The notes: a model not told the origin generated them from the letters alone. Shown: positions 24,301-37,650, counted from the stretch's first letter. The stretch is DNA of 64,000 bases from Marsupella aquatica (GCA_973895155.1 OZ316898.1:11431187-11495186); one strand, 5' to 3'. Numbers and translations are program-made.

Positions 24301-26049
24301 GTGGGAAGGACCCAAAGCCGTCCCCTCTGCCGCTTGACAAAGACCCCAGTAGATGGATTGTTCCGTTTGCAATTGCATCTACTGTACTCCACCGATCGAT
24401 GAACAATGGTGGAAGAAAATCATAATTTGTACTCAACTCTGGAGTTCGGGTGTGCAGTTCTTCCAAGAAATACAGAGGACACTTTCACTTAGCTTCGTAA
24501 TTACGAGAAAGGCAGTTCAAGACATTGTGTACGACGGTGAGCAAATTTCTCCCAGCTTCCACAAACTATTTTCGTGCAATACATCTTTCAGCTGAACTGG
24601 TCTGCTATCAGTACGTAGTCATGAGATCTCAGTAGCCTGGCAAGGACCACCTCGCACCCACTCAGGGTTCTGGCTGTTACACCTCGAATATATGTGGGCA
24701 TCTTAGGATCACGTACTTCCAAGATAGTCCCATCCGTGCTAGCTGGCCACCTGCCTCGGTTTTGTGAAATGAAGTTGAGTTGGAGACGGTTCCATCGAAT
24801 GCGAGCTACTTCATCTGAGTACCGTTCTAGATTTTAATGTCGTACCTGCAGGTCGCCGTCTAAATTACTGACAGAAGATCTGGAGATGGTTTTAGGCCTA
24901 ATGAAATTGTCAGCGAAACTGCTCATCGAATTCACTGAGATGACCAAATTGAACAATTTGCTGTTCAATTGCGCACAGGTTTCCTGATACCGAAGGGGTG
25001 GGCAGTGTTTCCGATGTCAGGCTTCCTGCACCATGATCCTGCCCACTATGAAGATCCCATGACTTTTAATCCCGACCGATTTGATGTGAGTGCCGCGAAA
25101 CTTGATCGATTCGTCTGTATTGTAAAAAACAAATTTATGCTTGACCGGCTGGAGTGATGGAAATGAATCATACCAAAGTGCAGGCTCGTGTAACTTCTGA
25201 ATTTCTACAACAGCTTACCGGGCCTTTGTGGGCTCTACTTCCTATGACTTTATGGGTCTCTTTGTACTGTCAATGTCTCTGACTCGGTTTTAGTACACGT
25301 AGACTGTGGTCCACTCGTCCTGAACATCTGAACATTAGTCCACATCCTAGATTAAGAAGTACTTAGTGGCCTAAACTCTCCTGGTTATCGCTTCAACTGA
25401 CACGAATACAGCCTAGCCTTTCCTTATATTTGGCATAGATCCATACTTAGGTGGTGATGTATAGACTTCTTGCTGCAACCTTTGATTGCTGAAATGACAA
25501 CAAATTCCAGGTTGCACCCAAACCAAATACCTACCTCCCATTCGGTCAGGAGTACATCGGTGCTTGGGGGAGGAACTTACCAAGGTGGTTGTTAGCATCG
25601 TCGTCCATCATCTCACCACAAGTTACAAGTAAGTAGTACTCCGACCATGATCTCGTAGAACGAGAGAGAGACCAACAAATTCAGATCATTTAATTCTGTG
25701 AATGAGTAGCGCACCGCATGAATGATTGGCATGCATGCTTTCGTCATCATTAATTACATCGATCGATTACTGCCTAGTGTTTTCTTATTTGCATATTTTG
25801 ATATGGGCAAACTTTCTTTCCTTCCTGTTCTTCAAAAGCAAGTTTTGACCAGCTAAGTTCGCGGGGTACAAGATTCACAACATCGATCTAAGCTTTGCTA
25901 AAAAACGTTTCATATTCATTGGTAAAGTTGATTTTTTATGCCATTTATACAGATTTGAGAGAGCAGGGCCTGATAGGGGCTCGGTGTACAAAGACTGCTT
26001 CCCGAGACTAGTTGGCGGTTACCCCATCAATGTTTGGCGATGGGCCTAA
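21385..26049 (+). CDS. Cytochrome P450, CYP85 clan (CYP707A-like), 9 exons; 1-bp frameshift in exon 8 (recent pseudogene or assembly error)
   Basis: Exons 21385-21587, 22498-22813, 22967-23125, 23438-23698, 24072-24167, 24458-24536, 24979-25085, 25511-25628, 25953-26049. N-terminal TM + LPKGNFGWPIIGET, I-helix AALQTTA, ExxR EIQR, FNPDRF, VAPKPNTYLPFG/GVHRCLGEELTK. Would be 478 aa with one base restored. Confidence 0.92.
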
Positions 26050-28240
26050 TGGTGGAGACTGACTATGCTGGAACGAAACACCTTGGCTGACCTGAGATCG
26101 CATGAACGAGTAACTACTTTAGCATTATGAGAGCATGAGTGCAGGCAGGGTATCAGCCGAATCGAAGTTGATCTTTATCCTGATCTAGCGGATCTACAGT
26201 AGCTAGCTCAAAGTCAATCTACGTAGGGTTGTGTTCGGCGACCTGTTATCTTTGGGGCTCTTACCTGAAGACTAATTGAAGGTGGCCAAATACACTACAA
26301 CGTCAACAAATCTAAGAAGGTTTTGGCAGGATGGGTTTCCAGATCGTGTTGGCTTGATTGTCGATAGCTCTACTCTTCCCCTTGCACTACGTTCAACAAC
26401 ATCTATTAGTGAACGTTACTTTGACAGGAAATCCAGTACTCCATCAGTACCCAAGTGGTCTGTGATTATAGACAAAATATATTGCTTATGTTCATAGATA
26501 TATTGCACAGTCAAGTCATTTTTTTAAAAATGGCTTTTATTGTACTTTCCAATTGGGCTGATATCTTAACCTGAGGATGAAGAAGTTCCATTCTCCTCCT
26601 GGCAACATTGCTGAGCCATTCTGACTACATTATACTGATGGCAATTTTGGGGGCAGTTTTGAAAAATGTGACTTAAAACATCTTGACTATTTTCTCCACA
26701 GTATCGTCAAGTCATCAACTGCAACACGCCCAACCGGTTGCCCTTCTCTTTTGATGTAGTCTGAGTGATCACTATACCCAGTCAATGGGGATGGGGACGT
26801 CTTGGTCCATCAAGGGACGTCTTGGTCGAGGAATATAATTATAGGACTCTTGGATTGTACCCAAGATTGTTTAAGATAGAATACAAGCTATAATAGATGT
26901 GCTAGCTAATTTATAATACTTTTTGGCATGGAGTATTAAAGTGTACATAGATTGACTTGAGATACAGGTTTTGGTAGGGAGCGAATAAAACGAGAAGTAT
27001 TCTAGATTGACATGAGAAAGGTTTTCTGTTTTTTGCTCTTGAGAGGGGAGTTTCATTTTTTAGGTTAATTTTGTCTTTTCTTCCTACATTTTTCCTTGTA
27101 TTAATGGTGCTGAAGGGGAAAAAGCGAGGAAGGGCAGGGACAAGGCAGGGACAAGACCTATTAACACAGTCGTAACCTAATAACCGTTTGCGGCTCACTG
27201 TCCATGACAAAACCTAGATCCATCAGGTTTCACCATTTTTAATATAATTTTCTTAAAATTGTGAAACAAAATCTCACCCTCAGGGAGAAAAATATGAAAA
27301 AGTGAGGAACCTTGGACACTTGTCTTTTTAAATGGACACTGGTGGTTTGAATGAAATACACGGTCACAAAATAGCCCTGCTTTATCGCTCCAATCCCATA
27401 GGCTGACGCCTCCCTCAAAACACACCATTATCATTATGATTATTATTATTGTTATTGTCCCTCGCTCCTCTGTCCGCTCTAGTCCCCTCTCTGCTTCCTT
27501 TCCTCTGGTCTGGTCTGGTCTGGTCTCGTTTCCTAAAACGGACGAAGAGAATCGGTCTCCTTCTTTTTTCTTCGGGAGCAGCTCACGCGTGCTCGAGGAC
27601 CAGTACACTAGAGTGTGCGATTTGTCTAGGGGTTGTCGTCTTGTCGATCGCTTGAGAACGAGAACGAGAGCACGCAAAAAGAATTAATGTCGATGGACAA
27701 GATTGCTATCAGTTGTGGACGACGGAGTGGCGCCAGTGGAGTATCGGAGAACGCCAGAGAAGCATGAAGATCGAGCCCTGCTCGTCGCGCCACTAGCAAC
27801 AACCACGGCACCGTCATTGCCGCGACGAAAACTGCAGTAGAAATGATGCCTCTCGTTGACGTTCGCATTTTGTGGTAGTTTTGTTTTCCTTTTGCCTATT
27901 GTGTGATTGATTGTGTGGCCGCATGGTCGAACGCTCGAGAAATTCGTCCGACTTCGGTCTCCGGGGCGTTTTGGTTTCTTTCTGTCCGTCTGTTTCCGCC
28001 CGTTCCACACCAGAGACACCAAGGGCAACGCGTGGTGTAGAAACTGGCGGGGTTCGTCAAAATCAGGTTAATCGAGGGAGACACGGAGAATTGCGACTGC
28101 ATTCAGGCGGTTTTACGGTTGTGAGGATCGTCTCCGTTTACGATTAGGAGGAAAGGGGAGCTTTTTGTCGAGAGAGGCTCGGGTTGTTGAGGTCTGGTTG
28201 TAGTTTCGTTCGTGTTTGGTGCTGAAAGGAGGAGGGAGAG

Positions 28241-31200
28241 ATGTCTGTGTTCTCGATCACAGCTTTGGACAGGCTGATCGAGTCGGATCGGAAGTCATCG
28301 TCGTCGGCGGCGGTGGCGGCGGCAGTGGCGCGGTTCGAAAATGGATCGACCGCGGTGGAGAGGAAGCAAAGCAACCCGCCCTCGGTCCCGCAGAGAGAAA
28401 GAAGACCGCTGTATGTCTCTTATCCCTATTCTTCGACTACGTCGTCTGCTGCTTCTTCTCCGCCTCCCCGGCCTCGCTCGCCCTCTCCCACCTCCTTTTC
28501 TCCTTCTCCCTACATCGTCAATCACAAAAGGCGTGTACCGAACGGCGGTGTGGACTCCAAACGGACTTCTCAACAGAATGGGTTCCATGTTTCAGAGAAG
28601 AGTTCTTTTAGCCGGCCATCCAAATCTCAGGACGAATTTGTGTCGTCGAGGTCTAGCAAGGAGAAGGACATCAGTTCACAGGATCGGCCCTCGAACGGGA
28701 TTGTTGCTGGAAATAATGACAAACAGAGTCAGGATGGACTTGTTGTAAAGGAGCACAACAGTAGGTCGCCTCAGAGTAGTTTAACCCTTGAGTTGCAAGG
28801 CAAGAAGACAGTTGGTATCAATGGGGACAGCATAGATGGAAATTCTTGGTATACCGGCTTCTCGCATAGGAAACCGGAGTCGGACGAAATTTATTTCGAC
28901 GGCAGCATGGTTTCAGCAGCGACTGAGGAGAAGACAAAAGGGGCCAAACGAGTAGGAAGCGCCGAGAGAAGAGAAACGAGCTCAAGGACCAATGACCCTC
29001 GCGGAAAGAAGAAGTTGGAGGAAACCCCTGCTGCGGAAGGTAGCAGCAGACCGCGTGTGGGCAATGCAGGCAGCAGTAGTTCGAGTATTTCAGGAGTGTC
29101 TGGTGATGCTCGTAAATCGAGCAATTCGGGTTCGGACGAGTGGTTCGATGCTTCGGAAGGGCTCCCAGGTAATCAATCTATGACTTCTTTCCGTTGATCC
29201 GGTTCCTTCATTTGTGACAAATTTGTAACCCTCAGTCTGAAGTTAAATGGAAAGCAAGATGCCCTAATTGGCATGATCAAGCTACTGTCCCCAAAGGATG
29301 ATCCACGTGATGCTCCGTACAATGAGGGACATGCGACTAAGATTCATTTGGCTGCATGATCGCATGCGACTGGAGGAGTTCCAATATGAAAAATTCATAT
29401 ATGGAATTTCCTCTGCCGCCGAATATCTTTTACTGTAGCGGGTCTCCCCTGGAACAGCTTACGCTTCGTGGACAGTTTTTCTTTCACGTCGGGATTCCAG
29501 ACGCAATGTCTCCGAGGTGCTCGGGCGATTCTGTCATTCCCAAGAGAATTCTTTCTCTGTTATTGCGATGCTGCGGAAAGAAAATTAAAGTCTGCCTTCA
29601 GGAAAATGAATGACTATTGTCATAGAAACCTAAGGTAAGGGGTTCTGTTTACATTTTACTTGCTGACTCTTACATCGCCCTAAAAGGTCAACTTCTTGAG
29701 CATGCTCCTTCGCCGTCCAGATTTTTTTTGTGAACCTTAATTGTGATACCAATTCGAGTGAGCAATACTGGTTGTCTCGACACGCCTTCTGCAGAGCGAT
29801 GCCCAAGAAAGTCGCCATTACCATTGCTCTTTTTGCCATCGGGGCTCTCCGGTTGCAGATTTTTCGGTGCTCGAAATGTCTTTTCTGTTAGACTGTTCGG
29901 GGCGATAGAGGTCTTGACAAGAGAGAGTAGCCTTACCTGCTTTGCCTTGTGCGAGAGGCGTTGCTGACATCTTGGACACGCTCAAGTCGTGCGGTGGAAT
30001 TCCGCTCGTAAGCTTGCTACTAAATTCAGGATTGAAAATTGGCTGCTATCTGGGTCGTAAGCTAGTGCTATTAATTATTGTCTGCTTCTCGCTGCCAGCG
30101 GTAAACGCATTAGGACATTGAAATTTTCTGCCTGGCGCGAGAAGCCGTCTGCTACCGTATGTACGCTATCTGGCCTCGGATACTGTTGCAGGGTTCAACT
30201 TCATATGGAAGGCGACTTCTAAAGTAATGTGTATTTAAAAATGTGCAGATTACTTGAGTGATGATGACTCAAGGAGGAATTGGAGTGACCCTGGTCCAAG
30301 TTCAAGGAGCGACCCTGATTTCAACATAATCCTGCAGTTGAAGGCTGAAATTCAAAGACGCATCTCAGCAGAAGAAGCCAGAGAATCGTTGCAGCATCAA
30401 CGTGATGGTATGGCACAAATGCTCTCTTCGGCCGGGATTTCTGTTCCGCAGTCGGAATTTGGGGCCGTCAAAATAACAGAAACAACTGATAAGGTGCTGG
30501 GGGTCTCGGATAGTGAATCTCAGAGACTAATGATCGCTAGATACGTAGCTGGTGCGGTAGCAACAGGAGCAGTCAAAGCAGAGGCTGAAGCAGAGCTGCA
30601 AACTGTACTTGCAGAAAAAAGTAAAGAAATTGCGAGGTTGAAGGACAAGCTGCAGTACTACGAGGTCGTGAATCATGAGATGTCGCAGAGGAATCAAGAA
30701 TCAATTGGTATGCGCACGCGCAGTTCTTTGATTTTGTTGTTTTCTCTGTAGACTAATGGGATGGATTTTCAATCCAAATTGTTGAGCTCCTACATGCTCT
30801 GATTGCGTGACTGGTCAGGCACTCCAGCAGCGAAATGACTAAGGACTCTTGCAAGGTCATTTCGTTAAGGCAGTCTAAAGAGTTGCGAAGAACGCCAATT
30901 TTCAAATATAGTTCAGGCACTTTGATTGGTTAAGAATTCCTAGAATGTCGTGGATAGTTCGTTTGTCGGTGGAGCAGGACTCTTACCTAAAATGGCTGCA
31001 TCATAACTGCACAGATCAGAATTCTGTTGACTCTCTTGCGTTGCCTGTTTGGCGTACTAGAAAGCCTTGGGAGTCTCACTAGATTTAGATGACTGAGCAT
31101 AAAGTCCTTGTAACATGTGCAGAAAGTGCTCGGCAAAGCAGGAGAAGGCGACAAAGAATACAACGGTTTGTGGTTTTTGGGTTAAGCGCTGCAATATGTG

Positions 31201-31352
31201 TGGGTGTCTCTGTTGCAGCTGTCTATCACTATGCTCCGTGGGAGCATGTAAAGAATCTCAGTACTGGCCAAGTGCTGCCGGAAGGAGAGCAACCCAACCC
31301 CGCATCTTTAGAGCAGGTTGTTGACTTGCAAGAACTGAATCCTGACAACTGA
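28241..31352 (+). CDS. Conserved plant protein of unknown function (At3g50910/At5g66480-like): Ser-rich N-terminus, coiled coil, C-terminal TM anchor; 3 exons, 538 aa
   Basis: Exons 28241-29168, 30249-30707, 31123-31352 join in phase. Motifs FSITALDRLIE, FSPSPYIVNHKRR, EIARLKDKLQYYEVVNHEMSQRNQE, then a basic run followed by a hydrophobic TM segment. Confidence 0.85.
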
Positions 31353-32699
31353 ATCAGAATCAATTATAAGCTCTTTTACACATTTTCTGCATAAGTGTAG
31401 GTTGTGTAATATTTTAGTTAAACGTCCATAAATTTTTGTCCGAAACACCATTTTTCTTCGTTAGCCGGACCACTGTGCTCTCGTTCGATTTTATAGGGTT
31501 AGGCATCACTATCCCTTCAGTATAATTGGGGCCAATGACGCCCTATCATAGCCAGTTCATTTGTCTTCTCCAGAAATTTAGCATCGCTGCGTAGTAATGC
31601 AGAAAGGTTTAAATATGTTTATATCTTGATATTGATGTGTCAATGTTTCCCGTCGAATACGAGTGTCGTTGCGTCTAAAGGGAAATACCCACAAACGTTC
31701 TAGTGATGTACTTAATTGGATCATTAGTAATCGAAGTTCATATAAAAGTTATATCTTTGTGGCACATAATTTTTTGCTCTATGCACATACACTCGTGGCT
31801 GTCTTCATCATTTCATGGAAGTTCTGACTAATGAGGTGCTGATGAATTGGGGATCAGAGAGACAAACTTTGGCTTTGGCATGTAATGGTGCAAAAGGGAG
31901 AATCTGTTATAAGATATCTCAAATGCAAAGAACATCCAGACAACCAGGCCAAGTCTGTGGAGCCAGAAGTTCTTCAGGAGGATGAATGCACTCTTATGGA
32001 CACATGTAGTTAGCCTAGCCAAGTTGCTGCTGCAATGAAGATTGACTATTGAGGCAAGGGGCGTGCCTTAATCACAACACGTGACTTTTGATGATAATCG
32101 CAATTTTGTTCTAAATTGAGGTTCTGCAATGAGTATCAGATAGAAGGTGAGGAAATCTATCCATTTGGTGATGATCATCCTCCTACAAAGCTAAGCGCAA
32201 GTATTCAACTGTGATTTTTTATTCGTGCTGCATGAACGGAATCACCAACCCAAAACATCTACGATGCCCTTATGAATGAAGATATTTGAGGGACACACAT
32301 CTGTACACTAAAGAGAAAGTCCGAGTTCAATGTATTTCTATTAATTTAAACATGTCTTCATCCACAGTATACGAGAACGGTTGTTCTGAACAGGAAGAGG
32401 TTCCACGAGTCTCTCTTCCCGCTAGAGCTTATGTTATCAGTCGAGATTACAAACAAACGAGATGATAGGATTGCTGCAGAGATTCCCTACTCTCAAAGAA
32501 TAATTTTATCCAGACAAACTTATTAATATATACAATTGTAGCTAACAATGGTCTCTGATTCCCTTTGGAGCATTTTCATCTCTGTTGCACGCCACACGCT
32601 CAGAAAATATAAGCCGTGGCTCTCCTTAAACTTTGCCGTGGCTCTCCCAAACGGGCTCAGCTGTGTCTTCGGAATTTGGGGCATAGCAAGCTGACCGTA

Positions 32700-33150
32700 A
32701 TTGTCACAGAATCTCCTGTTATCCAGATATTCCGCGATATTTGCAGTCTCGTGAAATATTGTCTTTTCAATACCCAATGAAAGTCTACTTTTTTAAGGCT
32801 ATGAAGTGCAGTTTCATTGTCACAGAATCTCCAGTTATCCAGATATTCCGCCAGCAGTTCCGTGAAAGGTTGTCTCTTCAATACCCAATCAGAGCCACTT
32901 CTTTTAAGGCTATGAAGTGTAGTTTCATGAAACTTTGGGACTCTCCGTATCATATCCAATGAGAGTCTCTACTTCTGTAAGGCTATGAGTGTAGTTTCAT
33001 GAAACTTTGTGACTCTCGGTGTCACACGCAATGCGAGTCTCTACTTCTGTAAGGCTCTGGAGTCTCGCGTTACCCAACGAGAGTCACTGCTTCTGTGAAG
33101 ACTTGTGAAGTCCCGTTTTATCAAATGAGAGCCTCTGCGGCTGTAAGGAG
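32700..33150. repeat. Degenerate tandem repeat array
   Basis: ATTGTCACAGAATCTCC.GTTATCCAGATATTCCGC at 32700 and 32816, then repeated TAAGGCTATGAAGTG.AGTTTCAT / GAGTCTCTACTTCTGTAAG units. Confidence 0.8.
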
Positions 33151-34429
33151 TGAAATTCAGGTAACCTCGAATTCCACAGGATAACCTCAATGTGGAAGTT
33201 GTCCATAATTTGCATTGGGATTTTTACTCATTGTGCTCTGGAATATCAAGTCGCAGTAAACAGTGACACTGGATTCGGAGAGATTCCTAAGAACTTAGAG
33301 ATTTATCTTGGGATGTGGGGCACACGCAAGTGAGGAAAACATGGACAGCATTGGATCCGCGAAATACTGGTGAGGTAGTGCAACCATGGCCTCAGATCAA
33401 ATTTTGAAGCTCCACCATAGTGCCCTCCGTCACAGTAGTCGTTGAAGAGGCACGAAAAAGTGATAGCTGATGATCCTGCTGCTGACGATCGACAACAGTA
33501 CGAAGACACCTAATGATTAGGATCAAAAAGACCTTTCCGTGGAAATGAGGACGGTGAAGATCGATTGTCCTGAATCATTTCGTCCTGATGTAACTTTTGG
33601 AATCCTTTCCTTCGCTGCATGTGCAAACAGTAGCAGACAGATCAGTTATTTAGAAGCAGGTTTGAACGAGCAATGTCCAAGGCTCGTGTGAAATTTAAAT
33701 AGTCCTGTACTCAGTCCAAGTCCAGTTTATTGTTCGAGTGTTTCGTTATCGGATTCTCCCATTCTTACCTACCATAGTATAGAATCCGCGATTTGGGCGA
33801 GGAAATGAAGAAAAAGTGGGATCGAAATGATTTCAGCCGTCCGATCCATCTTATCATTTTTCTCAGCAATCCGATCGTGCAAAGTTGGGTTCAACCGACA
33901 GTGCTGCAAGTGTACCAAAGCTGTCTTTTCAGGGGCATGGAGGCCATCGTCTAGCACGAGGGTTGTTGCAAGGGAGGGAAAGGAGAGGAAAGGGGAAGAC
34001 CACACAAACTAGAGGGGTGAGAAAATGGGGGTCTTGAGACTTCACCCTCGCCTCATGCTTCCCACCTCTGCCTAACAATGAAAACATTTTGTGCAACCAT
34101 AGCTTCACGGCACTAGGGCTTCTAATATATAAAAACAACTGGCACCTCACGGGAGGCCCGAGAGGCAGGCGGGAGTACCGCAACAGGGTACAACCAGGCA
34201 ATTATTTTCCGGGGTATGGGAAAATGAGTGGCCTCACGACACACTGAATGTTATTGTGTTTACTGTGAAGTCGGTGTGAAGTCGGGGCCTCTTACGGTCC
34301 CAGGTGTGACTGGTCGGCCTCACAATCAGTGACCAACCAGTCATGATTGTTCTCCCGAACCACAACACGCCCGGGCACAGTCGAAGCAGAAAAAATGGGC
34401 ATATTTGAGACGCCCTACTGCGAACCTAC

Positions 34430-34940
34430 TCAGTAGAAATGGCAACACCTCCGCAACCAGAACTCGGCTGCACAAGAACCCAGTGGAAATGACAACACTT
34501 TCACAACCGCAACTTGGCCGCACTGAGAATCCAGCAGAAACAACAGCACTTCTGCAACCATAACTTAGCAGCACTGAGAACCCAGTGGAAACACCCGCAA
34601 CTGCCTTGACTGCACTGACAACCCAGCAGAAATGACAACATGCATGGCTCAACAATAACTCATTGGCATTGAGAACCTGAAGGAAACTGCAACACTTCTG
34701 CACCCACAGCTCGGCCACACTGAGAGCACAATGGAAACCATAACATTTCCACAACCACAACTAATCCAAAATGACAACGCAGCCGCAGCTGCCACATTGT
34801 GGCAATGAGAACCCAGCGGAAACAACTATTTTTCCAACCCCAACTCGGCCACACTGAGAACCCAACAGAACAGATAACGCTTGCCCAACCACAACTTGGA
34901 CTCATTATGTACCCAGTGACAACACTTCCGCAACCACAAC
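34430..34940. repeat. Degenerate ~50-60-bp satellite-like array
   Basis: Several diverged copies of CCCAG(T/C)RGAAA..ACAACACTTC.GCAACC..AACT.GGC..CACTGAGAA. Confidence 0.75.
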
Positions 34941-35369
34941 AAACTGTCCCTAGAAGTTTTGCAAGCTTGAATGTTGGGTGGCTTGGTGGGTAGTTCACTG
35001 ACAACAGTGGGCAAACTTCATGAGGATGGTAATCCTTTGAAGCCCATTTTTGCTAAACACGACTCCAACCATTGAGCAAACCCAGGGGCATTGGGCTAGT
35101 TTATTTCATAATATTTCCTTATATAAGTATCCTCCATTCCTCCCGGAAACAGAGTCAACCATGCACGGTGTGGACTACAATATAAGTACGTTCAAAATTG
35201 CTTATACACCTCCCCATATGTGCATGGTATTCACTAAGCAACAATTGTTGGAGAAATCATTGACACACTTCCCTATATGTGCTATCAGGTCACGTACATC
35301 GTACTCCTTATATACCCCTATCCGTCAAAGTGCATGATTCAACTAGAAAAGTGGATGAAACTACTATGT

Positions 35370-36820
35370 AATTAATCCGTGGACCCCCATGTTCATCCAA
35401 GGAATGTGTGTGTGATTAAGTGAAATCAATTTTCATCAAGGCGGTAACTAACGATTTTGAGTCTCCCGATGGTGTTGGTGTGTGCTCGTACAAAAACAAA
35501 TGCTCAAAAGATAGAGATTTATCAAACGAAAGGTTGAATGTGGAGGAATTGAGTTTTTTTATAGGTTTTGCTTACACATTGGAGAAATCATCTTTCAACC
35601 ATTTGTTGATTGATTGTTTGTGAGTTGCATTGAGCATTACCGCCACAAGACAGACTGGAGCACAACACTCAGTTGTTGGCAAAAGAGCGCTTGTCGATTT
35701 GGTGGGAAGAACACACAAAACAAACAAGCCATCATTTCAAACAAAGGATTTGTAGTTATTTTTAAGAAAGCTATGGTGTGAAGGGAAGACCAACAATTGT
35801 TTCTTTGACATAGAGGCTGCATTTGGCGTCAACCTGTGTTTTCAGTTGAAGACTATCTAAGAGATGCGAACAATTCAAGCCGGGAAGCAAGCATTGTGGA
35901 CCAGCGATGACGACGTAATCAAAGAAATCAATTTGTAGTGGCTAAGTTTGTGACGGTGACGAGATTGTGATATCTCTTAATCGAGAAAGGGTTTCCAATG
36001 AGCCTCAAATTGACAAATTTTGTCAAGTTCCATATGAGTTTTTGAATTTCTTTGCCTTTCCAATGAGTGTGAGTATAATAAATTTTGATCATGAGTTCAT
36101 GAATTCTTTTAGCTTTCTAACATTGAATCCGACATTGACAAATTCATTTCAGATTTTGTCACTGTACTCAAGAGATCAGGAGATTTTCAATCTCTTTAGC
36201 TTTCTAATGTGTGACATTGAGATTATTTGTCAAGAAATAGAGAGATCATGAGTATCTAAATTTCTCTAGCTTTCCAATGAACCTAACATTGATAGATTTT
36301 GTCAAGTACTAAGGAGATGATTAGTTTTTAATTTTACTCTAACTTTCTAATGAGTGTGACATTGAGATTTTATCATGACATTACTAAAGAGATCATGAGT
36401 TTCTAAATCTTGATCTTGAATTTTCCAATGAATCAAACATTGACAGATTTTATCAAGTACTAAGGAGATTTATTATTTAGTTTTACAATGTGAAGCCAAA
36501 GGGATTTTAACTATGTACATTTACAATTAAAAAATACAAGAATTTTGATATAAAACACTGATATATCTTTGACAAACATCAAAATGGTAACTTTGTTTTA
36601 CTAAATGACATCTCTTCCTTTGTATTTTGGTTTTTTTTACGTTTAATATTTACGGCATGGCGCCCCAAAAATTACGTTGCTTTTGCCACAAACAGGAATG
36701 TGCACGTTTGTTATTGCTAAAAGTAGGATCATTCCTGTTTGTGGCTGGTTGTGGTGATGTGGCGCAACCTCATGGCAGAGAATTTGCAAGAGACCCCTAA
36801 TGGGGGTCCGTAATCATTAG
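35370..36820 (+). mobile_element. Non-autonomous dispersed repeat, copy 1 (probably rolling-circle/Helitron-like)
   Basis: Starts AATTAATCCGTGGACCCCCAT; ends with hairpin GACCCC-TAATG-GGGGTC then CGTAATCATTAG|T; collinear with 56172-56830 and ~62370-62656; internal degenerate tandem units at 36000-36470. Confidence 0.75.
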
Positions 36821-36848
36821 TTGTGCTTATCAATAAATGCCCAATGTG

Positions 36849-37339
36849 CCCAGTTTGACCTTGCCCGTCAAACTGGGCCAAAAACTCCGGCAAAACGACA
36901 ACCCGGCACCCGGGTTCGGGAGCAGTCCGGGCCGGGACAAGTTCAGGAGAGGTTTGGGCCGGGTTCAGGAAAGGTCTGAGAAGTGTCCGGGGGGAGTCCG
37001 GGAATTGTTCGGGGGGGTCCGGGGGGAGGTCGGGAAGGGTCCGGGCCGAGTTCGGGAGAAGTTCGGGAAGGGTCCGGGCCGAGTTCGGGAGAAGTTCGGG
37101 CCGGGGTCGGGGGGGAGCCGGGTTCGGGGGAGCCAGTTCGGGAGAGGTCCGGGAAGTGTCCGGGGGAGTCCGGGTATTGTCCAGGGGGGTCCGGGGGGAG
37201 TTTGGGAAGGGTCCGGGGGAGTCGGGGGGAGTTCGGGAGAATCTCGACGAATATGCGTCAAACTTCCAGTTTTGGGGCCGTCATTTGACGGTTTTACGTG
37301 CCCGGCAAGGCGTCAAGTTGCCCGTCAGGTTAAACCGGG
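36849..37339. mobile_element. MITE-like non-autonomous TIR element (491 bp) with 8-bp TSD and G-rich interior
   Basis: TSD CCAATGTG at 36841-36848 and 37340-37347; TIRs CCCAGTTTGACC / GGTTAAACCGGG (10/12 match); removing it restores a unit of the flanking GCTTATCAATAAATGCCC...TGTGTAC repeat. Confidence 0.85.
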
Positions 37340-37650
37340 CCAATGTGTACTTTGTGCAATTGAGAGTACATGCAAGTATACACTTATATCGTGAGTACAT
37401 GCATGTAGACGGTACACTAATCCAAGCTTATCAATAAATGCCCAGTGAGTACATGCATGTATACACTTATCCAATGCTTATAAATAAATGCCCTTGGTGT
37501 ACATGTATGTGTACGCTCACCCATGCTTATCAATATATGCCCTTTGTGTACGTTGTGCAATTATGAGTAACTGCATGCATAAACTTACTAGTCACCAAAT
37601 AAATTCCCTATGTGTATTTTGTGCAATTGAGAGTAAGTGCATGCAGACAA
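37340..37650. repeat. Degenerate tandem repeat hosting the MITE
   Basis: GCTTAT(C)AATAAATGCCC and GTGCAATTGAGAGTA / GAGTACATGCATGTA units recur at 36826, 37426, 37477 and 37525. Confidence 0.7.

Noticed and set aside
34430-34940. Spaced repeats that could be CRISPR-like or encode a Cys-rich protein
   Set aside because: Whole units are degenerate copies with indels that break frame; satellite-like.
36837-37437. Gly-rich/Pro-rich ORFs
   Set aside because: Translations of the G-run MITE interior bounded by TIRs and a TSD.
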